Shown: piece by piece, positions 12,030 to 23,989 of the stretch
How positions within the stretch are numbered: position 1 is the stretch's first letter
Layout of the letters: every line of letters starts with the position of its first letter
NCBI GenBank assembly: GCA_038087875.1
Contig: CM075988.1
Location: forward strand, 23,438,001-23,502,000
Length of the DNA stretch: 64,000 bases
Direction: 5' to 3'
Origin: Malacoraja senta
Lineage: Eukaryota
Notes under the pieces: model-generated
What the model was told of the DNA's origin: nothing
The model's database searches: none
Seen by the model: the letters and a program-made list of their open reading frames with translations, nothing else
Position numbers and translations under genes: made by a program

Positions 12030-12900
12030 CTTCACCCAGCACTCCCAAGTCCCTTTGCACCTCCGATTTCTGGATTCTTACCCCATTTAGAAAATTGTCT
12101 ACGCCTTTATTCCTACTACCATAATGCATGACTCCACGTTTCTCTGCCCACTCTCCCAACCTGTCCAAGTCCTTCTGCAGAGTCCCTGCTTTCTCTGCAC
12201 TACCTGCCCCTCCACCTATTTTCAAATCATCCACAAACTTTGCTACAAAACTTTCAATCCCCCCGTCCAAATCATTCATATACAACTCTAAGAGTAGCGG
12301 CCCCAGCACCATCCCTTGCGGAACTCCACTAGTCACTGTCAGCCAACCAGAAAAAGCCCCCTTTATTGCCACACTTTGTCTTTTGCCATCCAGCCAACCT
12401 GCTATCTGTCCTGGAAAGAACTGCAGATGCTGGTTTAAATCGAAGGCAGACACAAAATACTGGAGTAACGCAGTGGGACAGGCAGCATCTCTGGAGAGAA
12501 GGAATGGGTGACGTTTCAGGTCAAGACCCTTCTTCAGACTGAAAAAGGTGCCCGACCTGAAATGTCACCCATTCCTTCTCTCCAGAGATGCTACCTGAGT
12601 TACTCCAGCATTTTGTGTTGCTATCTGTGCTAGTATCTGCCCTTTGATACTGTGGGCTCTCATCTTCCTAGGCAGCCTAACATGTGGCTCCTCATCAAAG
12701 GCTTTCTGAAAATCTAAGTGAGCAACATCTACCGACTCTCCTTTGTCTGTCCTGCTATTTAGTTCTTCAAAGAATTCCAGCAAATTTGTAACACATGACC
12801 TCCCCTTCACAAAGCCATGCTGACTTCGGCATATTTTATCGTGAACTTCTCAATACTTCGTAACCTCAGCCTTTATAATAGACTATAAAATCTTACCAAC
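12030..12900 (-). mobile_element. Older CR1 RT fragment interrupted by a palindromic element
   Basis: KGRSCVTNLLEFFEE, LDFQKAFD, SGVPQGMVLGP and KFVDD motifs in ORFs 12565-12810 and 12016-12453. Confidence 0.9.
12410..12618. mobile_element. Short palindromic Penelope-derived element with hammerhead-like cores on both strands
   Basis: Perfect 10-bp target-site duplication tgctatctgt (12400-12409, 12619-12628), which duplicates the host CR1 codons QIA. The minus-strand core at 12537-12510 is intact; the plus-strand core from 12539 is degenerate. Confidence 0.9.
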
Positions 12901-13144
12901 TGTCATATCCATTCAACGCGATTGAGATATTCATATTTTATTAACTATTGAACTGTCATACAAAGAGTGTAATATCCTTAGCACAAACTACGAATACTAG
13001 CCAAAGATGAAAACATACAAGTTGAAAGCTGCTTTAAAGTGTTTTAATTTTTTTTAAATAAACGTTAAAGCACAATCTAAAGTAAAGCAGATGACCATAT
13101 ACAAGATTATACAATAATGGCATTAAGAATGATTTGTGAACTTA

Positions 13145-13327
<183 letters not shown>

Positions 13328-14267
13328 CTATCATTACTCAAGCAATAATAATAGATATGGGTGCTGGAAACGAATAAAAATAAGAGAATGCTGCAAATAC
13401 TCGGGTCAAATCGTCAATGTGGAGAGAGGAATTGTTAATGTTTCAAGACACCTTACATGAGAATTGAAAAACATTGCAGATAAACTGGCTTTAAGTTATA
13501 GAGAAAAGTGGGAAGCAGTCCCTGCCAATATTAGACGTTATAATTACCTACTGTGACAACCATATTATTCCTGCACCTATCTATGATTTCCCAATATGAA
13601 TGCCCCACTAATTCTGAACATTTGAGGGTCCATAGTACAATCTAAAGTGATCACCATTCACTTATTTCTAAGCTCAACCTACATGGCCTCACAGGGCATT
13701 CCCTCTTATATCACCTCTTAAGTACTGCCACGATATTGTCCCTACTCAATAGTGCAACTCCCCATTCCTCTCATACTTCAACCTGTTAATTTGGAAACAT
13801 TGGTACCATAATATTCAGCTGCCCGTCCAACACATTGCTCAATTTTCGTAATAGCTAGCATAACAATCCCGTATGTCGCTCCATGCTCTGAATTCATCTG
13901 CCTCCCGAAAACTTCTATCTATAATATTTTCTGTCTCTGTACAGTCTGCAATTAGTCTAATTACCGGTCCCACCCATCAATGCCACCTGGGAGGAGCTAC
14001 AGTTAAATGCAAGTGTAGTTGATGGCACATGTGGCTTCTTCCCTGATCTTCCTCATTTTGCAGGAGCTCTGACGCCCCTATCTACCTCTGCAGTTAGCAC
14101 TAGGTTAAAAGAATACACCTCTCAGCCTCCTTGCCAAAGCCTCTCTCATCAAAAATCTCTAACTCAGACCTCAAAAAAGCCTTTTACATAGTTTTGCTCT
14201 TGCATTTACAATGCAGCACTTGCTGGTGCAATTGATTTTACTATTCATGAATTTATGCCACAACTGC

Positions 14268-14391
14268 AACGACCAGGTTCAGGAATAGCTACTTCCCCAC
14301 AGCCATCAGGCTATTAAACTTGGCTCGGACAAAACTCTGAACATTAATAGCCCATTATCTGTTTATTTGCACTTTATCAGTTTATTTATTC

Positions 14392-14426
<35 letters not shown>

Positions 14427-14548
14427 ATGGTATATGGACACACTGATCTGTTCTGTAGTCCATGCCTACTATGTTCTGTTGTGCTGAAAGCAAAGCAAGA
14501 ATTTCATTGTCCTATCAGGGACACATGACAATAAACTCTCTTGAATCA
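14268..14548 (+). mobile_element. Rex1/Babar-like LINE 3' end with internal (TA)n microsatellite
   Basis: TTRFRNSYFPTAIRLLN-type C-terminus and tail aatttcattgtcc...catgacaataaa. The (TA)n run lies at about 14399-14426. Confidence 0.65.
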
Positions 14549-15001
14549 ACTTAACAGTGGTATATAATTTGTCCAGTCTGAAGAGAAATGCCAACCTGAA
14601 TCGCCATCTGTCCATTTCCCTTCTCAGATGTTGTCTGCCCTGCTGAGTTCCTCCAGCAATGTTTTGGTATAAGGTGTAGTAATCGTTACACAACAGTTGA
14701 AGTACTATAGCAGTTTTCATTTAGTGTACAAACATGGGGTTCCTGTGGCATTTGAGCAATTTCAACCAACTGTGCACAATAAATTCACCATTCAAAATAG
14801 CATCTAGTTCCCATCATAATATATCTGATGATACTATCTGTCAAGTGCCAGTAAAAAATCTGAGATGTTTAATGTGGTACAATGGGGATAAATTATCCAG
14901 AACTGCATACACAATTAAATTACCAGATATATTTGCCTCATGCAACCGAGGGGCCATTCTTTTTTATGTTCCACCCAAAAACTTAACTCTTAATTTCCTT
15001 A

Positions 15002-15124
<123 letters not shown>

Positions 15125-15467
15125 CTATGGAACAGAAACACATGATATAATAAACGCAGCGGCTTTGCTGTTGTTGAAAGATCAAAGAAAGTCAGATGCT
15201 GGCTATCTGAAGTAAAAACAAAGTGCTGGGAGAATTCATCCCAGGCAGCATCTAGGGAAGGAGAAATAGAATTTAATATTTCAATACTTTTAAGAGGATC
15301 TGGAAAAGAGAAAACAATTTGCTTAACCCTGCAACTCAGGCCTCACCCTAGCAGAAATAGTCCTGTCTGAGCCATCTCCCCAACCTTAACCCACCCTTTT
15401 TGCAATGTCAGTTTTGACAATGGGTTTTGAGCTGAAATTGTAACTGTTTGTTACAAATAACAACTTG

Positions 15468-15730
15468 GTTTAGTTTATTGTCACATGTACCAAGGTACAG
15501 TGAAAAGCTTTTGTTGCGTGCTCACCAGTCAGTGGAAAGACAATACATGATTACAATCGAGCCATTCACAGTGTACAGATATATGATATGGGAACAACAT
15601 TTAGTGCAAGATAAAACCACTAAAGTCCAATCAAAGATAGTCCAAGAGTCTCCAAATGAGGTGGATAGTAGTTCATGACTGCTCTCCATTTGTGGTAGGA
15701 TGGTTCTGTTGTCCGAAAACAGCTGGTAAG
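15468..15730 (-). mobile_element. Rex1-like LINE 3' end remnant
   Basis: The minus strand ends ttttcactgtaccttggtacatgtgacaataaactaaac, a stem-loop plus AATAAA tail. Confidence 0.55.
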
Positions 15731-16914
15731 TTATTATAATCATTAATATTTTAATAAACATTATTAAAAGGATGAAAGAGAGCCCTCTCATGTACTGTAA
15801 GCTGCAAATAATATTTACATATTAAGGAATAAAGAGGAATGGTTTCAAATTCTGTTCAGAATGGCGAATGTTAGATTTACACAACTTAATTACTAGACAG
15901 CCTGTAATAAGATACCATTGTGATACTGATAGCTTGATGCTACTCCAAGTCTCAATCAAAACATTCTACTGTCTGAGCAAATTATGTTGTTAAAAAAGTG
16001 ATTGTTTAATGCTTCTAAATAGTTAATTTACAAGCTCCACAAATCCATTTAACTGCTGAAATATCTGAGTGAGACATGTATAATTAATAGGGTCCACTTC
16101 ACACAACTGTCCATAAAAGGTCAGGGTGGAACTAGTTTTACTAAAACAAATATCAAGTGATTTGTTTGTGGTCAATCTTCAAACTCCAGGATATAAATTC
16201 CCATATTTACCAGACCTTGAACTGGTAAATATGTCAATGTTTCCTCTTCCTTTTAACCCTCTTTCTTTTTATTTTGACCAGCACCACACCAGTACATTTA
16301 CCACATGGGAACATAAAAAAGAAAAAAAGATTCTTACAACTATTAATAGGTGGTTGAAATTACTCTTGTAAATAGGTGATTGAAATTACTCTTGTAAATG
16401 AGTACATAACAAAGTAACCCCCCTGTGCCATAACTTTTTGGATCAGTTTCAGGTGCTTTAGTGACCTCGGCTGACTTATACCAGTCTTGTTGTTCTGACT
16501 CATTCAAGGCAAGCCTGTCTGCGATAAGCACTGCATCACAACAGAGTGCTATAGATTTAACGGTACACTGTATCCACACTACTCAAATTCTTCTGGTATG
16601 TGATACCTCCTGCATGGATTGGATGATGCAAGAACCAGCTACAACCAAATAAAAATCGAAAACTAATGTTGGCTCAGCAAATACATCCGGCTCTAGATCT
16701 GGAGCCTCCTGTAACTGACTAATAGTTTATTTCCAGGGAATTGACAAACCATAACAACACAAGATGAAGAGAAAAAGAAGCAATAGGAATTAAATTACTA
16801 ACATAATAATTTGAATGACATGTTACATGGACACAACTGTCAAATGTCTCAGGGCTGATTGAACAGGACCAAAATTCAGAAATTAGGAAATGTCACCTCA
16901 TTTTGGTTATTTAA

Positions 16915-18156
16915 CTAGACTAAGTGGGACCTGTTGGGTCCCCGTCACACAGGAGGCTTGGTCCCCCATCATAATATCCCACCACTCACCCATAGACCCC
17001 AACTGCACAGACTCAGCTCATTTCCCCTCATCTCTAGCACTCTCTCTCCCTCCTCATCACCCTCTTCTTTCCCCTCTCCTCCAATCCCTCCCTCTCCTTT
17101 CCCCTACCCTCAGTCGCTCCCTCCCTCCATCACTCCTCTCCCCTCCTTACCCCCCTCCTATCCCTCTATCCCCCACTCCTCACCTCCCCCTATCCACCAC
17201 ACTATCCCTCCTCACCTCCCCCTCTGCCCTCCTCTCCCTCTATTCCCCAATCTCTACCTCCCCCACTCTCCCTCCCGCCTCTCCCTCTATTCCCCCTCCT
17301 CCCCCACTCTCCCTCCTCACTTCCTCCCTCTTCTTTTCCCTCTCCTACCCTCCCCCAATCCCTCCCTCACCTCTCCTTTCCCCTTACCTCAGTCACTCCC
17401 TCCTTCCCTCCATAACTCCTCTCCCCACTACCCCACCCCAGGATCTTGAGGTTGCCGCTCCTCTACCTTTTTGCATGCCCCGGAGGAGCATCAGCCGTCG
17501 GCGCTGATCCTCGGCTCGGCCGGAAGCACCAGCAGCTGCGTGGGGGGGGGGGCTCAGAGAAAAGACGGGGGAAGAGCCATGGGCGAAAGGGGGTATCACG
17601 GAGGGAGGGGGGCAGGAGCCACCGAGGGGGTTCAGAGGGGAAGGGGCTGGAGCTGCAGGGCGTTGTGATGGCGGTGCGTTTGCGACTCACAGCGGGCGAT
17701 GGATGCTCTCCTCCGCCGGGATCAGATTCTCAGCTTTCCGTTTGGCGACATCTCCCAGGTCGGGAAGAGCAGGGCAGCGCCGCTTCCGGTCCCTCTGAGA
17801 ATTGTGTGCGGTTGGAGACTTCCGCCGACCACCCACAGCGTCCCTCAGCTCCAGTAAAGACGCGATGGAAAGGGCGGACCGTCCCGCGGAGTGACAGGAA
17901 AAAATACCTATCCGCGCGGTGCTGACTTGCAGGAGTGGAGATCGATCTGCGCACACGCGGGTTTTTAAGATTTTTTAAACCTCGCTAACTTTTACAATAT
18001 ACCACCGATCGGAACGAAACTTGTTGCACTCGCAGCACAGGAGAACGGTGAGTAAGCTGGCGAAGATTCGTAGCACTATTGCGTACCGTATTTGCGCAAA
18101 TAGAAAAACCTCGCAAACCGGAAGAGCACAAGATCAGAGTTTTAGTTATGTAGAGA
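16915..18156 (-). mobile_element. Non-autonomous Helitron (about 1.24 kb)
   Basis: The minus strand starts A|TCtctacataactaaaa at 18156 and ends GGGACC-caaca-GGTCCC (hairpin, 16926-16942), acttagt, CTAG|T at 16915. It sits between A and T with no target-site duplication and has no Rep/helicase ORF. Confidence 0.8.
17020..17440. repeat. Polypyrimidine (C/T-rich) low-complexity tract inside the Helitron
   Basis: Almost no G on the + strand for about 420 bp, with an internal near-repeat (about 17101 vs about 17381). Confidence 0.85.
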
Positions 18157-18467
18157 TGACATTTTAGTGTTTTCTAAAAGAGAATTTAATTGCAGCTACT
18201 GTTACCAAAAGGTTTACAGACAAAAACTAATTTAAAAAAAAAGCAATTTACTTTGCTTACTGGATTATAAAAATCATTAGTTGTCCAAACCTAATTAAGG
18301 TGCAGCCCATGACTCCTTGAAGCAAATCATACATTTTTAATGGCATAAGAAACTTAATTACACTTAGGCAGCCATTTTTCTGCATGACTGAAAATTTAAA
18401 CTAGTTCTAATTAAGAACAGATAAAACATCTTTTTGACGTCACAAGGCAGACTAAAAAAAATGCTGG

Positions 18468-18602
18468 GGTGTAGGAAAGAACTGCAGATGCTGGTTTAAA
18501 TCGGAGGTAGACACAAAATGATGGAGTAAATCAGCGGGATAGGCAGCATCTCTGGCGAGAAGGAATGGGTGACATTTTGGGTCGAGACCCTTCTTCAGCC
18601 TG
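18468..18602 (-). mobile_element. Penelope-derived short element, single arm, degenerate hammerhead-like core
   Basis: Same sequence family as 7425 and 12410; the minus strand reads ctgaagaagggtctcgacccaaaatgtcaccc. Confidence 0.8.
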
Positions 18603-20084
18603 ATTTATTTATATTACACAAGCAGTAAATGCATTTACTCGATCTCACCTCTACATTGTATGATATTCAGGTACATGCAGACCCAACTAAAGTGAATGTT
18701 CACAGGAGCAATTCTTTTAATGTTATTTTTCAGTTATTTTTGTAGTTTTCATCATGATTGCTTCCAAATGAACGCAACTCATTGACGAAACTGCACCAAA
18801 CAGTGAAATACTGCCTTAAACACTGGATTAAAATGCATGTTTTTAACTATAACACATCTTTCATTGCTGCTTTTCTCAGATATAGTATACGTTTATATGC
18901 AGTAAAAAATCCTGTTATATTTGGCTTTTCAGTTTTAACGTTTATGTTTCACACTATCTTTTCCTGTTCCTTCTGAGCTGTATTAATTTATCAAAGACCA
19001 AGGGTTGAACTAAGACGTAGTGTAGTTGAGTTACTCATGTTCCACTATTTCCATTTCTCAAGCAGAATTTCCAATTTTTTGAGTTGTGACACTCTTATCA
19101 GTAATTGCAAGACATAAGATTTTGGAAATTCACACTTATTCCCTTGCACGCTGCACCATATCTCAGCATGTTTACGCTGTGAACAACTAAGCTACACACA
19201 TTGAACACGTGCTCTCCATGTCTAATCAATAGTGCATTCAAGCAATTGTTACACTAAATAAACCTGCTCACTGCCAGATTTTTGGACATTGCTAGAATGT
19301 CTTGGCTACAGCTGTGCAGCATTGTTGCAAGTCCGAATATCAGAACTGAATGGCAAAGCAGAGAAACAGCACAACTGCATGGCAGCATTTATCCAGCACC
19401 AAGGAGACTTAGTAAGTTGTCAATAAGATCAAATGAGAGGCACAACCTGATATTAAGAAAGAAAAAGAATAAATTGTCAAAAGAATACTTAACTCCCCAA
19501 GGATGGTGGTTTTGGTTATTGGAGCCAAATGTCCCAGGGAAAAGTAATTGATACAGAAATCTGAAGTTGTTTCATTACGTTCGCAACTTTTGCACTAATC
19601 AGGAATTCTTCAAATGGCAGATACCTGAAATTACGATCTGCTTATAAGGAACATAAATACCAATATGGATTGGTTGATCTGTCCGTTCTTTCTTTTGTAA
19701 TTTCTCTTGTCCCTTCTGCTGCGCTTGCTGACTTATGAGACTTCACCATAGGCCAGTGATAAATCCTTGGGACGTTGAGTTGCTCAGATGAGTACACTTA
19801 TAAAGTATGAGAGGACTGATAATCACCAAATTATAAATAATGTTTTCAAGTTTGCTCAGTTTTGATGTGAGATAATTGAAGACTTGGATGACAAGTGTAT
19901 TCAAACTCTTGTTCAAGGAAGAAGCAAAGGACCTTTAAGCCTCACTGGTGGTGATGGAAGTGTAGAGGGATTGGATCTGTATAATGAAGGTGATCCTATT
20001 ACTGATGGTGGGTACCGATGTGTTGAAATGTAGGTGGAAAGGGTAGAACTGGACAAGGGGAGAAAAAAAATAGTTCAGATAAGC

Positions 20085-20435
20085 AGAAATCATAGGAAAG
20101 ACATTCAGAACCTTTTTCCAAGGGGGAAAATGTCAAAGACTAAAGGGAATAGCTTTAAATTGAGAGAGGCAAAGTTGAAAGGGGATGTACTGGGCTTTAA
20201 AAATATATATATATACGCTAGAGGGTGATGGGCACCTGGAACAAGCTGCCCAGGTGGTGGCAGAGGCACATACGATAGTGGCATTTAAGGGTCTATTAAA
20301 TAATCACATGGATATGCTGGGAATAGAGGTTTATGAATCACATTCTGGCAGGTGAGATTAGTTTATTTTGGCATTATGTTCGGCACAGACATTATGGGCT
20401 GAAAGGACTGTTCTTGTGCCGTACTATTCTGTTCT
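20085..20435 (+). mobile_element. Old CR1 3' fragment
   Basis: QNLFPRGKMSKTKGNSFKL, homologous to the CR1 ORF2 C-terminus, followed by a gggctgaaaggactgttc-type 3' UTR. Confidence 0.7.
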
Positions 20436-20935
20436 TCAGGTAATGTTCCACTCGGGTACCTAAATTTCAAAAATAATATTTAAAGTTTAATTTTTACACT
20501 GGAATCCAAACCTCTAGCACAACACTCTTCAATGATCGGGCCCCAAATGGTAGTCATTGCAATAATTTACACCACCAGGTGGCATTACCATGCTCATACA
20601 CAAAACCTGTCCTATGGGTGAAGTGCAATTAATTATGGTTTTATACTTCTCACACCCACAAAAATTACAGGTCTTTCCACTGGCAGGCATAATTCCTACA
20701 GTAGGGGAAATCGGGAACCAAGGGATATAGGTTTAAGGTGAGGGGTGATGATTTAATGGGAATTGAGGGGTAACTTTTTAAAACGCAAAGTGTGGTGGGC
20801 GTATGGAGAGTTGCCAGAGGAGGTAGTTGAGGCAGATACTATCACAAAATTTAACATTTAGACAGGTACATGGATAGGATGGGTATAGAGGGATATGGGC
20901 CAAACACACTCAGGTGGAACTAGTGTAGATGGGAC

Positions 20936-22214
20936 ATGTCTGACGAATCTTATAGAATTTTTCGAAGATGTAACTAGTAGAGTGGATAAGGGAGAACCAG
21001 TGGATGTGTTATATCTGGACTTTCAGATGGCTTTCGACAAGGTCCCACATAAGAGATTAGTATACAAACTTAAAGCACACGGTATTGGGGGTTCGGTATT
21101 GATGTGGATAGAGAACTGGCTGGCAAACAGGAAGCAAAGAGTAGGAGTAAACGGGTCCTTTTCAGAATGGCAGGCAGTGACTAGTGGGGTACCGCAAGGC
21201 TCAGTGCTGGGACCCCAGCTATTTACAATATATATTAATGATTTGGACGAGGGAATTGAATGCAACATCTCCAAGTTTGCGGATGACACGAAGCTGGGGG
21301 GCAGTGTTAGCTGTGAGGAGGATGCTAGGAGGCTGCAAGGTGACTTGGATAGGCTGGGTGAGTGGGCAAATGCATGGCAGATGCAGTATAATGTGGATAA
21401 ATGTGAGGTTATCCACTTTGGTGGCAAAAACAGGAAAGTAGATTATTATCTAAATGGTGGTCGATTAGGAAAAGGGGAGATGCAACGAGACCTGGGTATC
21501 ATGGTACACCAGTCATTGAAAGTAGGCATGCAGGTGCAGCAGGCAGTGAAGAAAGCGAATGGTATGTTAGCATTCATAGCAAAAGGATTTGAGTATAGGA
21601 GCAGGGAGGTTCTACTGCAGTTGTACAGGGTCTTGGTGAGACCACACCTGGAGTATTGCGTACAGTTTTGGTCTCCAAATCTGAGGAAAGACATTCTTGC
21701 CATAGAGGGAGTACAGAGAAGGTTCACCAGATTGATTCCAGGGATGTCAGGACTTTCATATGAAGAAAGACTGGATAGACTCGGCTTGTACTCGCTAGAA
21801 TTTAGAAGATTGAGGGGGGATCTTATAGAAACTTACAAAATTCTTAAGGGGTTGGACAGGCTAGATGCAGGAAGATTGTTCCCGATGTTGGGGAAGTCCA
21901 GGACAAGGGGTCACAGTTTAAGGATTAAGGGGAAATCCTTTAGGACCGAGATGAGAAAAACATTTTTCACACAGAGAGTGGTGAATCTCTGGAACTCTCT
22001 GCCACAGAAGGTAGTTGAGGCCAGTTCATTGGCTATATTTAAGAGGGAGTTAGATGTGGCCCTTGTGGCTAAAGGGATCAGGGGGTATGGAGAGAAGGCA
22101 GGTACAGGATACTGAGTTGGATGATCAGTCATGATCATATTGAATGGCGGTGCAGGCTCGAAGGGCCGAATGGCCTATTCGTGCACCTATTTTCTATGTT
22201 TCTATGTTTCTATG
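20936..22214 (+). mobile_element. Young 5'-truncated CR1 (RT C-terminal half, open frame) nested in an older CR1 3' remnant
   Basis: ORF 20895-22115 with FADD and a (TTTCTATG)n 3' tail at about 22190-22214. The flanks at about 20690-20935 and 22215-22268 form one older CR1 3' end. Confidence 0.93.
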
Positions 22215-23029
22215 TCGTTTGGTGTGGCCAAGTAGGGCCAAAGGGCCTGTTTTCACACTGTATGACTCAATAACAGATATGTTTCATTCCAGACAACATC
22301 CTGACAAATCTTTGCTGCACCCTAGCGAAGGCAATATTATTCTTCCTATTGTATGGTGACCAGAATGGGATGCAATACTCCACCTGTCGCCCAACCGACA
22401 AATTTATTAAATTGTACCATATCTTTATCTTATTTTCTATGCCATTGCCAATAAAGACGTAGTCTATTTGTCTTTTTCAGTAATTTATTTCCGTGTGCTA
22501 TCTATTTCAGGAATTTTATGACTCAGGCACTCTCATAACATTTTAGCATCTGGACTTGAATACCCAAGACAAAGGTTTTAGGACTGTCTGATTGATAGGT
22601 ATTAATGTGACTGCTTCCGTGTTGAATGACTCAATGAAGTGCCTGTCTTCATTAACACATTGGTTCTCAGTTTGTTAAATAATGAGACAAAAAATCCACT
22701 TAAAAAAAGTTTAAACAAATAGTAAATAAAGAGGGAAGAGGGAGCTTGACTGGCTTGAGGTTGGTGAAACTGAGAAAGTGATTAGAGGAGGTGGGGTAGA
22801 ACAGCAGCAAAAAAGATGTAGGTGGTAACAGAATTGTAAAATCCTGAAACATTTGGCTGCAACAAGAACAGGCTAATAAAGTCCCTTTTGTTGGCCTACA
22901 CATCACACATTACAAAAATTCAAGATTACTGTAAACAAGTTGTTCTAATACATTTGACCAGTTACCAATATGCTGTCAGATTTTCTTCTTCATATTAAAC
23001 AAGGCAATACAAAAATATATTACATATCA

Positions 23030-23652
23030 CCTCGTAGGAAACAAAGAAATGCTGATGTCGGTTAATACACAAAAGGACACAAATGTTGGAGTAACTCAGC
23101 AGGTCAGGTGGAGAATGTGGTTAAATAATGTTTTGGGGGTCTTTTGGAAGAAAACTGGAAAAGGGGAGAAAGCATGGTGGGGGGGGGGGGGGGTGTGCTG
23201 ACAGGCAGATGCTTGGAATAAAGGTCAAAAATAAGAACAGTAGGCATGAGATAGGTTTGAAGAGTTGTGGATTGTGCATTCAGAGGGAGGAAAGTGGCGT
23301 AGACAGGTGATGAGGGAGTGAAGGGGAGAAATAGGTAAGCCAGGTGGAGCATGGAGTGTGGAAAGGAGTGTGGTGGTGAATGGGAGAGGGGGGGGATGTA
23401 AAATTGACAGGTTACCTAAAATTGGAGAATTCAACATTCATACGTTGCAGAATACGAAATGTTCCTCCAGTTTGTGTGTAGCCCTAAACTAGCAATGGAG
23501 GAGACCCAGGACAGAAAGGTCAGCTGGAGTGGGAAGGGGGTGTTAAAATGGTAAGCAACTGGGAGATCCAGAAGACCTTGGCGTCACTTATCCATGTTCT
23601 CCAGAGATGCTGCCTGACCTGCTGAGTTACTCCAGCACTTTGTGTGCTTTTA
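23030..23652 (-). mobile_element. Degenerate Penelope-like 3' fragment with an inverted terminal piece
   Basis: 23420-23560 is the reverse complement of the PLE C-terminus seen at 56600-56745 (LSVLGLLHC...KLEEH...MNVEFSNF). The terminal arms at 23035-23105 and 23590-23650 are in opposite orientation. Confidence 0.75.
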
Positions 23653-23989
23653 CGTACCACCTAATCTTTTACAACCTCGGCAAAATGTTTTATAGCCAAT
23701 AAAGTATTTTTAAAAAGTCATCCCTATTGCAATGCAAGAAATGTTGAAGCCAATTTGCACATAGCAAAGACTCATAAAAATGAATGATAACAACCAGGTC
23801 ATCTGTTTTAGTGCTGCAATTTGCTTTTCTTCAGAACAGTGCCATTTAATTGAGCAGATTGGAACTCAGTTACACGTCTCAGAATAGATTCAGGAATACT
23901 CAAAAGTTACCAGTATATTTTTTAATTGCATTTGAAATATTCCCTGCTTTCTCTAAGTACAGTGGAGAAATGTGCAGACTAAAAAGCGA

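Noticed and set aside
16345..16399. 26-bp tandem duplication (and a 21-bp one at 43713-43752)
   Set aside because: Two-copy local slippage duplications with no further structure.
16890..17956. Pro/Ser/Leu-rich and Gly/Arg-rich ORFs
   Set aside because: These arise from low-complexity and GC-rich composition inside the Helitron, with no protein motifs.
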